A stretch of 64,000 nucleotides of DNA from Bacteroidia bacterium (GTDB lineage: Bacteria > Bacteroidota > Bacteroidia > B-17B0 > Aurantibacillaceae): assembly GCA_044352985.1 (NCBI GenBank), contig JBILCU010000012.1, positions 45,428 through 109,427 of the forward strand, read 5' to 3'. The notes under the pieces are model-generated. The model saw only the letters and a list, made by a program, of their open reading frames with translations, searched no databases and was not told the origin of the DNA. This document shows, piece by piece, positions 38,315-48,054 of the stretch (position 1 is the first letter of the stretch; every line of letters begins with the position of its first letter). Position numbers and translations under genes: made by a program.

Positions 38315-40795
38315 TTGTTTCGCTTATTGAAGTATATATTAATTTTAAGTCGTAATGTGTTAATAACTGTTTTATGGTTGGGTTTATTGCCATTAGCTGC
38401 ACAGATCAATGATACTTTAAAAACGGATACACTAGCTGAAGATATTATTGATTCTGAAATCAATTACAATGCCAGGGATTCTATTCGTTATGAAATTAAA
38501 GAGAAGAAAATAATTTTATTCGGGAATGCTTTTGTTGATTTTACCGGTAAAACATTAAGTGCAGAGCATATTGAAATTGATAATGGTTCGAATTTGGTTA
38601 CAGCTTTTGGTATTAAAGATAGTTCAGGTAAATGGATTGGTCAACCTTTATTTAAGGATGGAAACAATGAAATGCGCTGCGAAAAAATTATTTACAATAC
38701 CAAAACACAAAAAGGAAAAATTTTTGGTGTATTAACCGAGCAGGCCGATATGTTTATTTATGGTGAGTCTATTAAAAAAGATTCCAATAATGTGATGTAC
38801 ATACAAAATGCAAAATGCATACCGTGCGAGTTTGAAGATGCTGCATTTTATTTCAGAGCTACAAAAGCAAAAGTAATTCCCGATGATAAAATTATTACCG
38901 GACCTTTATTTGTTGAGGTAGCCGGGTTAAAAACACCAATTGGCTTACCTTTTGGTTTTTTTCCGAATGTAAAAAATAAATCCAAAAGCGGTATTTTAAT
39001 TCCGAGTTTTGGTCAATCACCCAATCAGGGGTTTTATCTTGAAAATGCAGGTTTTTATTTACCTATAAACGATAAAACCGATATGGAAATTAGGGGTGAT
39101 ATTTATTCATCAGGCTCATGGGCAATTAAAACATTTAATCGTTATCAATTAAGGTATCGTTTTTCGGGAAATTTTAATGTTGTTTTCAAGCAAATTGTTT
39201 TGGGTAATAAAGAAATTCCTTTTGAGAAAAATTCCTTATTAGGTTACCAGAAATTAAACAATTTTTCATTTAACTGGCTACATGTTCAAGATCCAAAAAG
39301 TAACCCAAAACAACGTTTTAGTGCAAATGTAAATATGCAAAGTGCATTCAATAATAAATACAATCCTCAAAGCTCACAGCAATACTTAACCAATACTTTT
39401 TTCTCAAATATTAATTACGCATATACCTTTAAAAATGTTGTAATATCTCTTAACGCACGACATAACCAAAATACGGTTACACGTGATATGGAAATTAGTT
39501 TCCCTGAACTAACATTAAATACCCCCAGGTTTTTTCCTTTTAAAAATGAAAATAGAACCAAACAAAATATTCTTGATAAAATAGGAATTAGTTATACAGC
39601 CGAAGCTAAGAGTTTTTTAAGGGAAAAAGATTCTGTTTTCTTTAAAAAACAAAATTTATCCAACATTCAATATGGAGTAAGGCATATAATTCCAATCAGT
39701 ACTAACGTAAATGTGCTTAAATATTTTACCTTAACTCCAGCCATAAATTTTTCTGCAGTAAATTATTTAAACTATATCAATTATAGGTTTGATCAAGAAA
39801 AAAACAATATATTAAAAGATACGTTGAATGGCTTTAAATCAGGATTTGATGTTAATTTTAGCTCTAATCTAACAACAAAAGTTTTTGGAGATTATTACTT
39901 TAAATCAACGCGATTAAAACAAATCAGGCATTTTATTATTCCTACTGTTGGTTTAACTTACCATCCCAATCTTAAATCAGATAAGTTAGGTTTTTATAAA
40001 ATGGTACAATATGATACCTTAGGTAATAAAAGAAGTTATTCAGTTTTCGAAAACGGAATTTTTGGTGGGCCACTCGGTGATGAAGGTGGAGCACTTACTT
40101 ATTCATTAAATAATAATTTAGAAGCAAAGGTTCGTCAAAAAACAGATACAGGATTTGTTGACAAAAAAATCTCATTGATTCAAAATTTAGGAATTAGTGG
40201 ATTTTATAGCTTATCGTCCACTGAATTAAAATGGAGTTTAATTAACTTAAATGCTCGAACAAAAATCTGGAAAAACATAGATTTACTAGGTGCTAGTGTT
40301 TTTGATTTATACGATACAGATAGTATGGGAGCTCGAATCAATCAATTTTATTTAAAAAACAAAACCGTATTATTAAGGTATGTTAGCTCACAATTAGCTG
40401 TTAATGCAACTTTTAATAATCAATTATTCCCAGATTTGATTTCAAAAAGTGGTAATTGGAACATAAATGTTTATTATACCATTTTAGTAAATAAAAATTA
40501 TAACCTAACCATTTTACAACAAAATGTAAAACCTACTCAGCAATTGAATATCAGTGGGAATGTAGAAATCACAAAAAAATGGCGTTTAGGTTTTACCAGC
40601 GGTTATGATTTTACAAGTAAAAATTTAAGTTATACTTCATTCAATATTTACAGAGATTTACGTTGCTGGGAAGCAAAAATTGATTGGGTGCCATTTGGCT
40701 TTAATAAACGATATTCGTTAGGTATTAATTTAAAAACAGCTTCTTTAAGAGATTTACGTATTCCAAGACAAAGAAGTTGGTTTGACAATATTTGA
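38315..40795 (+). CDS. large outer-membrane protein, LptD-like (OstA-type N-terminal domain plus beta-barrel)
   Basis: Signal peptide. OstA-like segment (KKIILFGNAFVDFTGKTLSAEHIEID). Long beta-strand-rich C-terminus ending in an aromatic-rich motif. The start is uncertain: TTG at 38315 or GTG at 38357. Confidence 0.6.
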   Translation: MFRLLKYILILSRNVLITVLWLGLLPLAAQINDTLKTDTLAEDIIDSEINYNARDSIRYEIKEKKIILFGNAFVDFTGKTLSAEHIEIDNGSNLVTAFGIKDSSGKWIGQPLFKDGNNEMRCEKIIYNTKTQKGKIFGVLTEQADMFIYGESIKKDSNNVMYIQNAKCIPCEFEDAAFYFRATKAKVIPDDKIITGPLFVEVAGLKTPIGLPFGFFPNVKNKSKSGILIPSFGQSPNQGFYLENAGFYLPINDKTDMEIRGDIYSSGSWAIKTFNRYQLRYRFSGNFNVVFKQIVLGNKEIPFEKNSLLGYQKLNNFSFNWLHVQDPKSNPKQRFSANVNMQSAFNNKYNPQSSQQYLTNTFFSNINYAYTFKNVVISLNARHNQNTVTRDMEISFPELTLNTPRFFPFKNENRTKQNILDKIGISYTAEAKSFLREKDSVFFKKQNLSNIQYGVRHIIPISTNVNVLKYFTLTPAINFSAVNYLNYINYRFDQEKNNILKDTLNGFKSGFDVNFSSNLTTKVFGDYYFKSTRLKQIRHFIIPTVGLTYHPNLKSDKLGFYKMVQYDTLGNKRSYSVFENGIFGGPLGDEGGALTYSLNNNLEAKVRQKTDTGFVDKKISLIQNLGISGFYSLSSTELKWSLINLNARTKIWKNIDLLGASVFDLYDTDSMGARINQFYLKNKTVLLRYVSSQLAVNATFNNQLFPDLISKSGNWNINVYYTILVNKNYNLTILQQNVKPTQQLNISGNVEITKKWRLGFTSGYDFTSKNLSYTSFNIYRDLRCWEAKIDWVPFGFNKRYSLGINLKTASLRDLRIPRQRSWFDNI

Positions 40796-40883
40796 TTTCA
40801 TTCACATTTAATCGTTAATAATTAAGTCAAAACGAACAATATTCTATCAATTGACTGTCTAATTTTAAATCAAATTAATTAAA

Positions 40884-41774
40884 ATGAAAAAACTACTTTC
40901 TATTGTTATTATTGTTGTTGCCTGCACAAGTGTTTTACCCGCTCAAACTAAACTTCAAAAATTATTTTGGTCGAAAAGATATAAGCGCGCTTTATTAGAA
41001 ATTGATCGATTAACAAACGAGAACATAAAGTTAAAAAAAGACACTACAAAACTTTGTTTTTTAAATAAAACAAAAGACACAACTATAGCTTCCATGCAGC
41101 GCGCATTGAATGATTTAAATGCATCTTACAAATTACTTTACAATAGCAGTGATAAAAAATTAGCTGAATTAACAACATCTTTACAGCAACAAACAAGTGA
41201 ACTTGATTTAAAAAATAAAAAAATACAGGAAAAAGATAAACGATTAAAAGAATTGGAAGCTTTACTAAGTCGTCAGGATTCGATTTTAAACGCATTAAAT
41301 TCAAAAGTTAAAAATGCATTGCTAGGTTTTAAATCGGATGAATTGGGTGTGGAAATGAAAAACGGTAAGGTGTATGTTTCCATGTCTGATAAATTATTAT
41401 TTAAATCAGGCCAGGCTTCAGTGGAAGATAAAGGGAAAGATGCTATTAAAAAGTTAGCAGAAGTTTTAATTAAAAACAATGATATAGATGTTGCAATTGA
41501 AGGGCATACTGATTCTATTCCAATTAAAACATCTGTTTATAAAGATAATTGGGATTTAAGTGTTGCCCGTTCTACTAACATAGTAAGAATGTTAACCGAG
41601 GAATTTAAAGTAGAGGCAAAGCGCGTAACGGCATCTGGTAAAGGTGAATTTTTACCGGTTGCAAGTAATGCAACTCCTGAAGGAAGAGCAAGAAACAGAA
41701 GAACAGAGATTGTACTTTCGCCAAAATTAGAGGAGTTGTTTAAATTGATGAGTTTAAGTGGAAGTAAAAAGTAA
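40884..41774 (+). CDS. OmpA/MotB-family peptidoglycan-binding protein with N-terminal coiled coil
   Basis: IEGHTDSIPI...NWDLSVARS...NRRTEIVL OmpA-like C-terminal domain. Signal peptide. Confidence 0.8.
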   Translation: MKKLLSIVIIVVACTSVLPAQTKLQKLFWSKRYKRALLEIDRLTNENIKLKKDTTKLCFLNKTKDTTIASMQRALNDLNASYKLLYNSSDKKLAELTTSLQQQTSELDLKNKKIQEKDKRLKELEALLSRQDSILNALNSKVKNALLGFKSDELGVEMKNGKVYVSMSDKLLFKSGQASVEDKGKDAIKKLAEVLIKNNDIDVAIEGHTDSIPIKTSVYKDNWDLSVARSTNIVRMLTEEFKVEAKRVTASGKGEFLPVASNATPEGRARNRRTEIVLSPKLEELFKLMSLSGSKK

Positions 41775-41783
41775 TTTGATGAA

Positions 41784-43253
41784 TTAAAGCGGTGCCATGA
41801 AATGTACAAACACTCCGCTTTCTTTTATTCTGTTTATTGAGTAATCTAGCCTAAGCACAAAATCATAATACGTAACTAAAGAAATTCCTGCACCAAAACC
41901 ATAAATAGTTTTGTTACTTAAGTTATTCTGGGCATAAAAAATTTTGTCCTGTACAAATCCTGCATCTGCATGTGCAGATACATAAACACTGTAGGGGATT
42001 TTATTAAATTTCTCAACGCTCTTTAAAGGTATGTGTACAATTTTCGGTTTGATTAATTGGTAGTTGATATTTGTTTTAACTATTGAAAATGTTTGCCCAT
42101 CAATTACATAATATTCATATCCTCTAACAAATTCAGTATAACCAAGTGCCTGATTAAAAAAATAACTTTTATTATTCAGTTGCTTGTATCTTAATCTTAA
42201 AGAGCTGCCTACAGAAAATCGTTTACTGGTTTGCCAATAGTTTTTAAAAACAGCCTCTGCGCTAAAGTTATCTATGCTTTCACTTTTTAAAACATTTAAG
42301 CCATCTTTTGATATATAAAGTTCAAAATAATTTCCTTTTAAAGGGAAAATTCTCGAATCGCGAAGGTCTAATTTATAGCGGTACTGAATGCTAAAATATT
42401 CAGCGTTTTTAATTTCATTTCCAAAATAACTTGGGTTTAATTTTAATATAGTGTCTGTAATTTGTTTTTTTGTGTAAAGTAAATCTAAAACATGCCTAGC
42501 ATATATTCCTTTTCTGTAAGTAAATCCTAATTTACATTCCAAATCATTTTTTAAATAATTGGTGTAATTTCTGGTGAAAAGTAATTTGTTATTTTCTGTA
42601 TTAAAAGCTACTTCATTATTACGTGAATAGTTTACAGATACATTTGCTCCTAAATTTTGTTTTTTATCCAAATAAGGAATTTTATATGAAAATCCATAAA
42701 GTTCGGTATACCCTTTTCTGAATTTTAAAACAGCAGTTTCATTTCTACCTCTTACATTGTACATCGATAAAAACAAACCGTAATTAATTCTAAAAAGGTC
42801 TTTTGTTTCCCACCAAGTATTAAAGTTTCTGTCTTGAATTTCAAATACCGGACTCGGCCATAAATACCATCTTTCACTTACTGCTATATTAATCGAAACA
42901 GATAAATTTTCTTCGTTTAATTCGCTAGTAATTGTTGCAAAGTTAAATAATGAAGTGTTTAGTAAATTTTGTTCGCTTCTTTTTAATAGTTGCTCAATAC
43001 TTTTAAAATCAATGGTGTCATTACTTCTAAATGTAAGTTCTCTTAAAATAATTGGAGACTTGGTTTTTTTGTTTCCTGAAATACTTATGGATCCAATTGT
43101 AACATATTTATTTATGTAATTTATGGAGTCTTGATTTGAAATTGACAAAAAAGTAGAATAACTATTTTTTGTAAAAAAAAGTAATGATAACAGTAAAATA
43201 AATTTACTGAAGTTGTGCGTAACGTTATATATTAAGGAAACGAATGAATTCAT
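41784..43253 (-). CDS. Omp85/BamA-family outer-membrane protein (POTRA plus surface-antigen barrel)
   Basis: POTRA-like ISISGNKKTKSPIILRELTF. Beta-barrel-type alternating pattern ending in ...GVFVHFMAPL. Start at the ATG, second codon of the tracked ORF. It overlaps the upstream CBS gene by 29 nt. Confidence 0.6.
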   Translation of the reverse strand: MNSFVSLIYNVTHNFSKFILLLSLLFFTKNSYSTFLSISNQDSINYINKYVTIGSISISGNKKTKSPIILRELTFRSNDTIDFKSIEQLLKRSEQNLLNTSLFNFATITSELNEENLSVSINIAVSERWYLWPSPVFEIQDRNFNTWWETKDLFRINYGLFLSMYNVRGRNETAVLKFRKGYTELYGFSYKIPYLDKKQNLGANVSVNYSRNNEVAFNTENNKLLFTRNYTNYLKNDLECKLGFTYRKGIYARHVLDLLYTKKQITDTILKLNPSYFGNEIKNAEYFSIQYRYKLDLRDSRIFPLKGNYFELYISKDGLNVLKSESIDNFSAEAVFKNYWQTSKRFSVGSSLRLRYKQLNNKSYFFNQALGYTEFVRGYEYYVIDGQTFSIVKTNINYQLIKPKIVHIPLKSVEKFNKIPYSVYVSAHADAGFVQDKIFYAQNNLSNKTIYGFGAGISLVTYYDFVLRLDYSINRIKESGVFVHFMAPL

Positions 43254-43890
43254 CAAACTTGCCTTTTAAATCATCATCGTAATCTGATTGATGATATGAA
43301 GCTTTAACAGAATAATTGTAACGATAGAATGTTTGTAAGATACGAGAAAGATCTTCTTTGTTTATTTTTAGGGTTATTTCAATTTTAGTAGAGTCAGTTA
43401 ATGAATTAACATAAACACTTAATATTTTGGCATCATTGCCTTCAACAATACTAGCAATTTGTGTAAGAGAGTAATCGTTTTTAAACATTTCCAACTCAAT
43501 AATTCCACCAGGTTCGTTTATTGCAGAAAAACCGGTAAATTTTTCGAGAGCACTTTTGTAAGTAATTGATCCTATAAACGTGTTTTTATCATCTACAACC
43601 GGAAGAACTGTAACATTAAGGTTGACCATTAACTTTAAAGCATCGTATGCATGTTGACCAACTTGTATAATGGGTTTGGTAAAATGGAGATTAAGTTTGC
43701 CTATTATTTCGTCCGGATTTTCGTTAGAATCAAGTAAATCGCTTTCGGCTACAATGCCAATTAACTGATCACCATTAATTACCGATAAGTGATTCACCTT
43801 AAACTCTTCCATCCACGTTAAAGCCTTTTCAATGGTATCTGAAAACTTTAGTGGAGGAACTTCTTCTGTTATTAAATCTTTTACTAACAT
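43225..43890 (-). CDS. CBS-domain pair protein
   Basis: MLVKDLITEEV... with two CBS-like units (VINGDQLIGIVAESDL and VVDDKNTFIGSITYKSAL). Start moved to Met15, an ATG, because the tracked start is TTG. Confidence 0.7.
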   Translation of the reverse strand: MLVKDLITEEVPPLKFSDTIEKALTWMEEFKVNHLSVINGDQLIGIVAESDLLDSNENPDEIIGKLNLHFTKPIIQVGQHAYDALKLMVNLNVTVLPVVDDKNTFIGSITYKSALEKFTGFSAINEPGGIIELEMFKNDYSLTQIASIVEGNDAKILSVYVNSLTDSTKIEITLKINKEDLSRILQTFYRYNYSVKASYHQSDYDDDLKGKFDEFIRFLNI

Positions 43891-43985
43891 ATAATTTACT
43901 ATTGCCAAAATAAGCAATAATTTAATACTCAATGACTAACTAATACCTAACTTTACAAAAATTTACTAAAATTATCAGTTAAGGT

Positions 43986-44720
43986 ATGACAAAGCTAAGT
44001 GTTAATGTAAATAAAATAGCAACACTCCGAAATTCAAGAGGGCACGATGTGCCAAATGTTTTAAAAGTTTCATTAGATATTCAACGTTTTGGGGCTGATG
44101 GAATAACTGTTCATCCACGTCCGGATGAAAGACATATACGGTATAATGATGTTAGGGATTTGAAAAAACACCTTGATGTTGAACTAAATGTAGAAGGAAA
44201 TCCAAAGGAAGAAAAATTTGTACAACTTGTATTAGAAACTTTACCTGCACAAGTAACACTTGTTCCGGATTCAAGCGGACAATTAACCTCCGATCATGGA
44301 TGGAATACCATAGCAGAGCAAGATTATTTAAAAAATATTATTTCGCTTTTTAAGTCAAAAGGCATCCGTACTTCCATTTTTGTAGATCCTGATCCTGAAA
44401 TGGTAATTGCATCCAAATCAACAGGGACAGATAGAATTGAGCTATATACCGAATCGTATGCAAAACATTTTTTAAGTAATAAAAATGCAGCTATTTTTTC
44501 TTTTGTTAAAGCAGCTGAAGTTGCAAATGAGTTGGGATTAGGAATAAATGCTGGGCATGATTTAAGTTTAGAGAATTTAAACTATTTCAGTTCATGTATT
44601 CCTCAATTACTTGAAGTTTCAATCGGACATGCATTAATAGCTGACGCATTATACTATGGTTTAGAAAATATAGTTCAGTTGTATAAACGTTGCCTAATTA
44701 AATCGGAAAATCACTCGTAA
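43986..44720 (+). CDS. pdxJ: pyridoxine 5'-phosphate synthase
   Basis: LSVNVNKIATLRNSRG, GITVHPRPDERHI and NAGHDL motifs. Confidence 0.92.
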   Translation: MTKLSVNVNKIATLRNSRGHDVPNVLKVSLDIQRFGADGITVHPRPDERHIRYNDVRDLKKHLDVELNVEGNPKEEKFVQLVLETLPAQVTLVPDSSGQLTSDHGWNTIAEQDYLKNIISLFKSKGIRTSIFVDPDPEMVIASKSTGTDRIELYTESYAKHFLSNKNAAIFSFVKAAEVANELGLGINAGHDLSLENLNYFSSCIPQLLEVSIGHALIADALYYGLENIVQLYKRCLIKSENHS

Positions 44721-44785
44721 AAAAATCAATTTTACTCTTTTTATAATCCGAAAAATTATTACCTTAGAATCTTAAAATTTTATCT

Positions 44786-46444
44786 ATGTTAAAATATTGC
44801 GTTTTTTCGTTTTCAGTTTTTTTAAGTAGCGAATTAATTAGTAATCCATCAATATCTACAATAAATGCGAATCTTTCATCATTTGATTTAGGAGCTAAGG
44901 ATATTGTGAAGTTAGAAAGAGGTAAACAATTTTTATTTGGCGGAAAATATAAACAAGCTCTAGGCATATTTAAAGAAATTGTTTCAACAAATCCGGAAGA
45001 TGGAGTTGCACTACATTATTTAGGAGAAACGCAGTATAAATTGCATGAAATTGATTCATCATTAGCAACTTTACAAAAAGCATTAGATGCTAAAAACGTA
45101 AAAAGTGAATCATTATATTTTTTAGGTTTAATTCATTTCGAAAAATTAAAGTATGATGAAGCAATTAACTATTTTAACGAGTACAAATCAAAGTTTAACG
45201 AGAAAAAATTACCTGAATACGATGTTGAGGTATTAATCAGTCATTGTAACAATGCTAAATTTTACAAAGCTCATCCGGTAGATGTTAAGGTTGCAAATGC
45301 AGGCACAACTATCAACTCAAAGTTTGATGATAAAGCGCCAAGTATAAGTGCTGACGGAAAAAAATTAGTTTTCAGCTCAAGAAGACCATTAACAACTGAT
45401 GCGCCTATGGATGTGGAAGGTGACGGAAAATATTTTGAAGATATCTATATTTCCGATTGGGATAGCGCATCTGCTGGTTGGAAAGATGCTCATCCTATAC
45501 CGGGCGAAGTAAACGTAACGGGCGCTCATGATGCTTGTACAAGCATTAGTGCTGATGGACATCAGGTTTTTATTTATAGAAATAACATGACAGATCCTGA
45601 AGCGGTTGGAGGAAATATATTTGTATCTAAAGCTTCTAATAATAAATGGAAAAAACCGGTATCACTTGGTAAGCCAATAAACTCAAGCTATTGGGAGGGA
45701 GGAGCTTGTATATCACCTGATGGTAGTACAATTTTTTTTACCAGCGAACGTAAAGGAGGAATAGGTCATTCTGATATTTGGAAAGTTACACACAAAACAA
45801 AAACAGAATGGAACAAGCCAGAAAATTTAGGTCCAGAAATTAATACCGAATTTGATGAAGGTGGAATGTTTTTGTCTCCAGATGGAAAAACACTTTTCTT
45901 TTGCTCTAATGGACATAACTCAATGGGTGGTCAAGATATTTTTAAAAGTGTTTTTGAAAACGGTAAATGGTCTAAACCGGTTAATTTAGGTTATCCAATT
46001 AATACAGAAAGAGACGATAAATCATTTACTATTTCTGCCGATGCACAAACCGGTTATTTTTCGAGTAACCGAGATGGTGGTAATGGAGAATATGATATTT
46101 ATAAAGTTGATTTAAGTAATTATGCAGTGTTAGAAAATAATTTTAAAGCGCCAGTTAATCCTGCAGGTTTAAGCATACTAAAAGGGGTTATTAGAGATGA
46201 TTATGAAGGTACGGGATTAGAAGCTGCAGAAGTTAGCGTGGTTAATGAAAAAGGAGAGTTGGTTTCTAAAACCTTAACGAATGAAAGAGGTGAATATTTC
46301 TTTACCATTCCTGGTGATCATGAATATACAATAAAAGCAGAGAAAAAAGGTTATAATGAAAAATCAGAGAAAGTAATGTTGCAATTAGGTAAAAGAGGCA
46401 GCACTTTCTCTATTGAAAAACAATTCTTGCTTAAAAAGAAATAA
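44786..46444 (+). CDS. TPR plus PD40 (TolB-like beta-propeller repeat) plus carboxypeptidase-regulatory-like domain protein
   Basis: TPR N-terminus. Repeated S(A/P)DG..(L/I)(V/F)F.S motifs (ISADGKKLVFSS, ISPDGSTIFFTS, LSPDGKTLFFCS). C-terminal Ig-like segment GVIRDDYEG...GEYFFTIP. Confidence 0.65.
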   Translation: MLKYCVFSFSVFLSSELISNPSISTINANLSSFDLGAKDIVKLERGKQFLFGGKYKQALGIFKEIVSTNPEDGVALHYLGETQYKLHEIDSSLATLQKALDAKNVKSESLYFLGLIHFEKLKYDEAINYFNEYKSKFNEKKLPEYDVEVLISHCNNAKFYKAHPVDVKVANAGTTINSKFDDKAPSISADGKKLVFSSRRPLTTDAPMDVEGDGKYFEDIYISDWDSASAGWKDAHPIPGEVNVTGAHDACTSISADGHQVFIYRNNMTDPEAVGGNIFVSKASNNKWKKPVSLGKPINSSYWEGGACISPDGSTIFFTSERKGGIGHSDIWKVTHKTKTEWNKPENLGPEINTEFDEGGMFLSPDGKTLFFCSNGHNSMGGQDIFKSVFENGKWSKPVNLGYPINTERDDKSFTISADAQTGYFSSNRDGGNGEYDIYKVDLSNYAVLENNFKAPVNPAGLSILKGVIRDDYEGTGLEAAEVSVVNEKGELVSKTLTNERGEYFFTIPGDHEYTIKAEKKGYNEKSEKVMLQLGKRGSTFSIEKQFLLKKK

Positions 46445-46457
46445 TAATTCACTGAAA

Positions 46458-46748
46458 TTATTTGATAATAATTTCAGTGATTAATTCTCCATCTGACCAT
46501 TCGTTTATTTTCTCAAGAAGATTTGTTTTTTGCATTATCAATTCGTTTCTTACTGCTGGCGAATCTATTTCTAAAAACAATCTAGTTCCCGAAAAATAAA
46601 GTTGTTTGGTGTGTTTCGCAAACAAAGGGCCTACTAGTTTTTCCCAACTACCAATTATATTAGCTTGATTGAGTTTGGCATCTAATTTATTTTCCTTAAA
46701 AAACTGTTGAAGTACTTCTCCGATTGTTTGCTGATTACTTTTTCTCAT
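46458..46748 (-). CDS. DUF721-family protein (recF-associated)
   Basis: 96 aa. It overlaps the recF stop by 4 nt, the usual position of DUF721 genes. Confidence 0.65.
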   Translation of the reverse strand: MRKSNQQTIGEVLQQFFKENKLDAKLNQANIIGSWEKLVGPLFAKHTKQLYFSGTRLFLEIDSPAVRNELIMQKTNLLEKINEWSDGELITEIIIK

Positions 46749-47851
46749 AGCTGCTCTGTAATTTTACCTTGTTCAACATGAAACAATTTTGCGATGAGGC
46801 TTTCTCCTGAAAACAATTGTTTTATTCGATCTTTGTGCGTGTCTGTTATAAAAACTTGACCAAAATCTTCTCCTGCAACCAACTGAATTAATTTTGAAAA
46901 CCTGCGCTCATCAAGTTTATCATACACATCATCTAAAAGCAATAGGGGAGAAGTGTTTTTTGTTTTTTTTATGAATTCGTATTGAGCAAGTTTTAAGGAA
47001 AGTAAATAAGATTTTTGCTGGCCTTGTGAAGCAAATTTTTTTAAACTGTTACCGTTTAATTTAAAGTCAATATCATCTCTGTGGATACCCACTGTGGTAT
47101 GCTCTAAAACTCTATCTTTTGCTAAAGATGTTATAAGCGCCGTTTTATAATCTTTTTCTTTCAGTGAAGATTCATAATGCAGTTCAACTTGTTCGTTGGA
47201 TTCGGCAATGAACTCGTAATTTTTTAAAAATAAAGGAGCAAAATCATGCAAAAATTCTAGACGTTTTTCTAATATGCCCGATCCGTGTATAACCAATTGC
47301 TCATCCCATAAATCAAGACTTGTAGCATCAAAAAACTGTGCTTGTTTAAATTGCTTTAATAAAGTGTTACGTTGTGCAAGAACATGATTGTAAGCAATTA
47401 GCTTTTCGAGATAAACTTTATCGTATTGCGAAATAATACTGTCAATAAATTTACGTCTCATTTCGCTACCGCCATTAATGAGTTCACTGTCGGAAGGAGA
47501 AATCATTACCAAGGGATACAAACCAATATGTTCGGATAAACGTTCGTATTCTTTTTTATTGCGTTTAAATTGTTTTTTCTGATTGCGTTTTACACCACAC
47601 ACCACTTCATCTGTTGCGCCATCTTTAAAAAACAAACCTTGAATCATAAAAAAGCCCTGCTCCTGGCGTATGTTTTGACTATCAATAGGGTTAAAAAAAC
47701 TTTTTGAAAACGACAGGTAATGAATAGCATCGAGTAAATTGGTTTTTCCCATGCCGTTATTGCCGGTAAAACAATTAACCTTAGACGAAAATGTTAGCTT
47801 GGCGTCTTCATAATTTTTAAAATTAATGAGGTGAATTTCTTTCAGGTGCAT
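46745..47851 (-). CDS. recF: DNA replication and repair protein RecF
   Basis: Walker A FTGNNGMGKTNLLDAI, signature SQGQQKS and Walker B LLLDDV. Confidence 0.92.
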   Translation of the reverse strand: MHLKEIHLINFKNYEDAKLTFSSKVNCFTGNNGMGKTNLLDAIHYLSFSKSFFNPIDSQNIRQEQGFFMIQGLFFKDGATDEVVCGVKRNQKKQFKRNKKEYERLSEHIGLYPLVMISPSDSELINGGSEMRRKFIDSIISQYDKVYLEKLIAYNHVLAQRNTLLKQFKQAQFFDATSLDLWDEQLVIHGSGILEKRLEFLHDFAPLFLKNYEFIAESNEQVELHYESSLKEKDYKTALITSLAKDRVLEHTTVGIHRDDIDFKLNGNSLKKFASQGQQKSYLLSLKLAQYEFIKKTKNTSPLLLLDDVYDKLDERRFSKLIQLVAGEDFGQVFITDTHKDRIKQLFSGESLIAKLFHVEQGKITEQL

Positions 47852-47856
47852 GATTG

Positions 47857-47864
47857 CAAATGTA
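47857..47864 (-). promoter_or_regulatory. TAnnTTTG -7 box (TACATTTG on the minus strand) only 5 nt upstream of the recF ATG
   Basis: Exact motif. The spacing implies a leaderless or near-leaderless recF mRNA if it is functional. Confidence 0.35.
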
Positions 47865-47949
47865 CGAGATAAATACGCTCTGCACCTTTTAAATTATGGA
47901 ATGTGAATAATTTTAATGAATGAAATAATAGGTTGAAAAATTATTTTAT

Positions 47950-47999
47950 CATTTTGGCCATAACTGTGTTTTTTATAGTACTTATGGCCAAATTGAAAT
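47950..47999. repeat. 50-nt palindromic unit, copy 1
   Basis: CATTTTGGCCATAA-N18-TTATGGCCAAATTGAAAT. Arms TTTGGCCATAA/TTATGGCCAAA are exact reverse complements. Confidence 0.85.
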
Positions 48000-48001
48000 T
48001 T

Positions 48002-48051
48002 CATTTTGGCCATAAGTATGTTTTTTTATATATTTGTGGCCAAATTGAAAT
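48002..48051. repeat. 50-nt palindromic unit, copy 2 (tandem to copy 1; right arm degenerate; contains a promoter box)
   Basis: CATTTTGGCCATAAGTATGTTTTTTTATATATTTGTGGCCAAATTGAAAT, at a 52-nt period from copy 1. Confidence 0.85.
48029..48036 (+). promoter_or_regulatory. TAnnTTTG -7 box (TATATTTG) inside repeat copy 2, upstream of the ATPase gene
   Basis: Exact motif 18 nt upstream of the ATG at 48055. Confidence 0.4.
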
Positions 48052-48054
48052 GCT

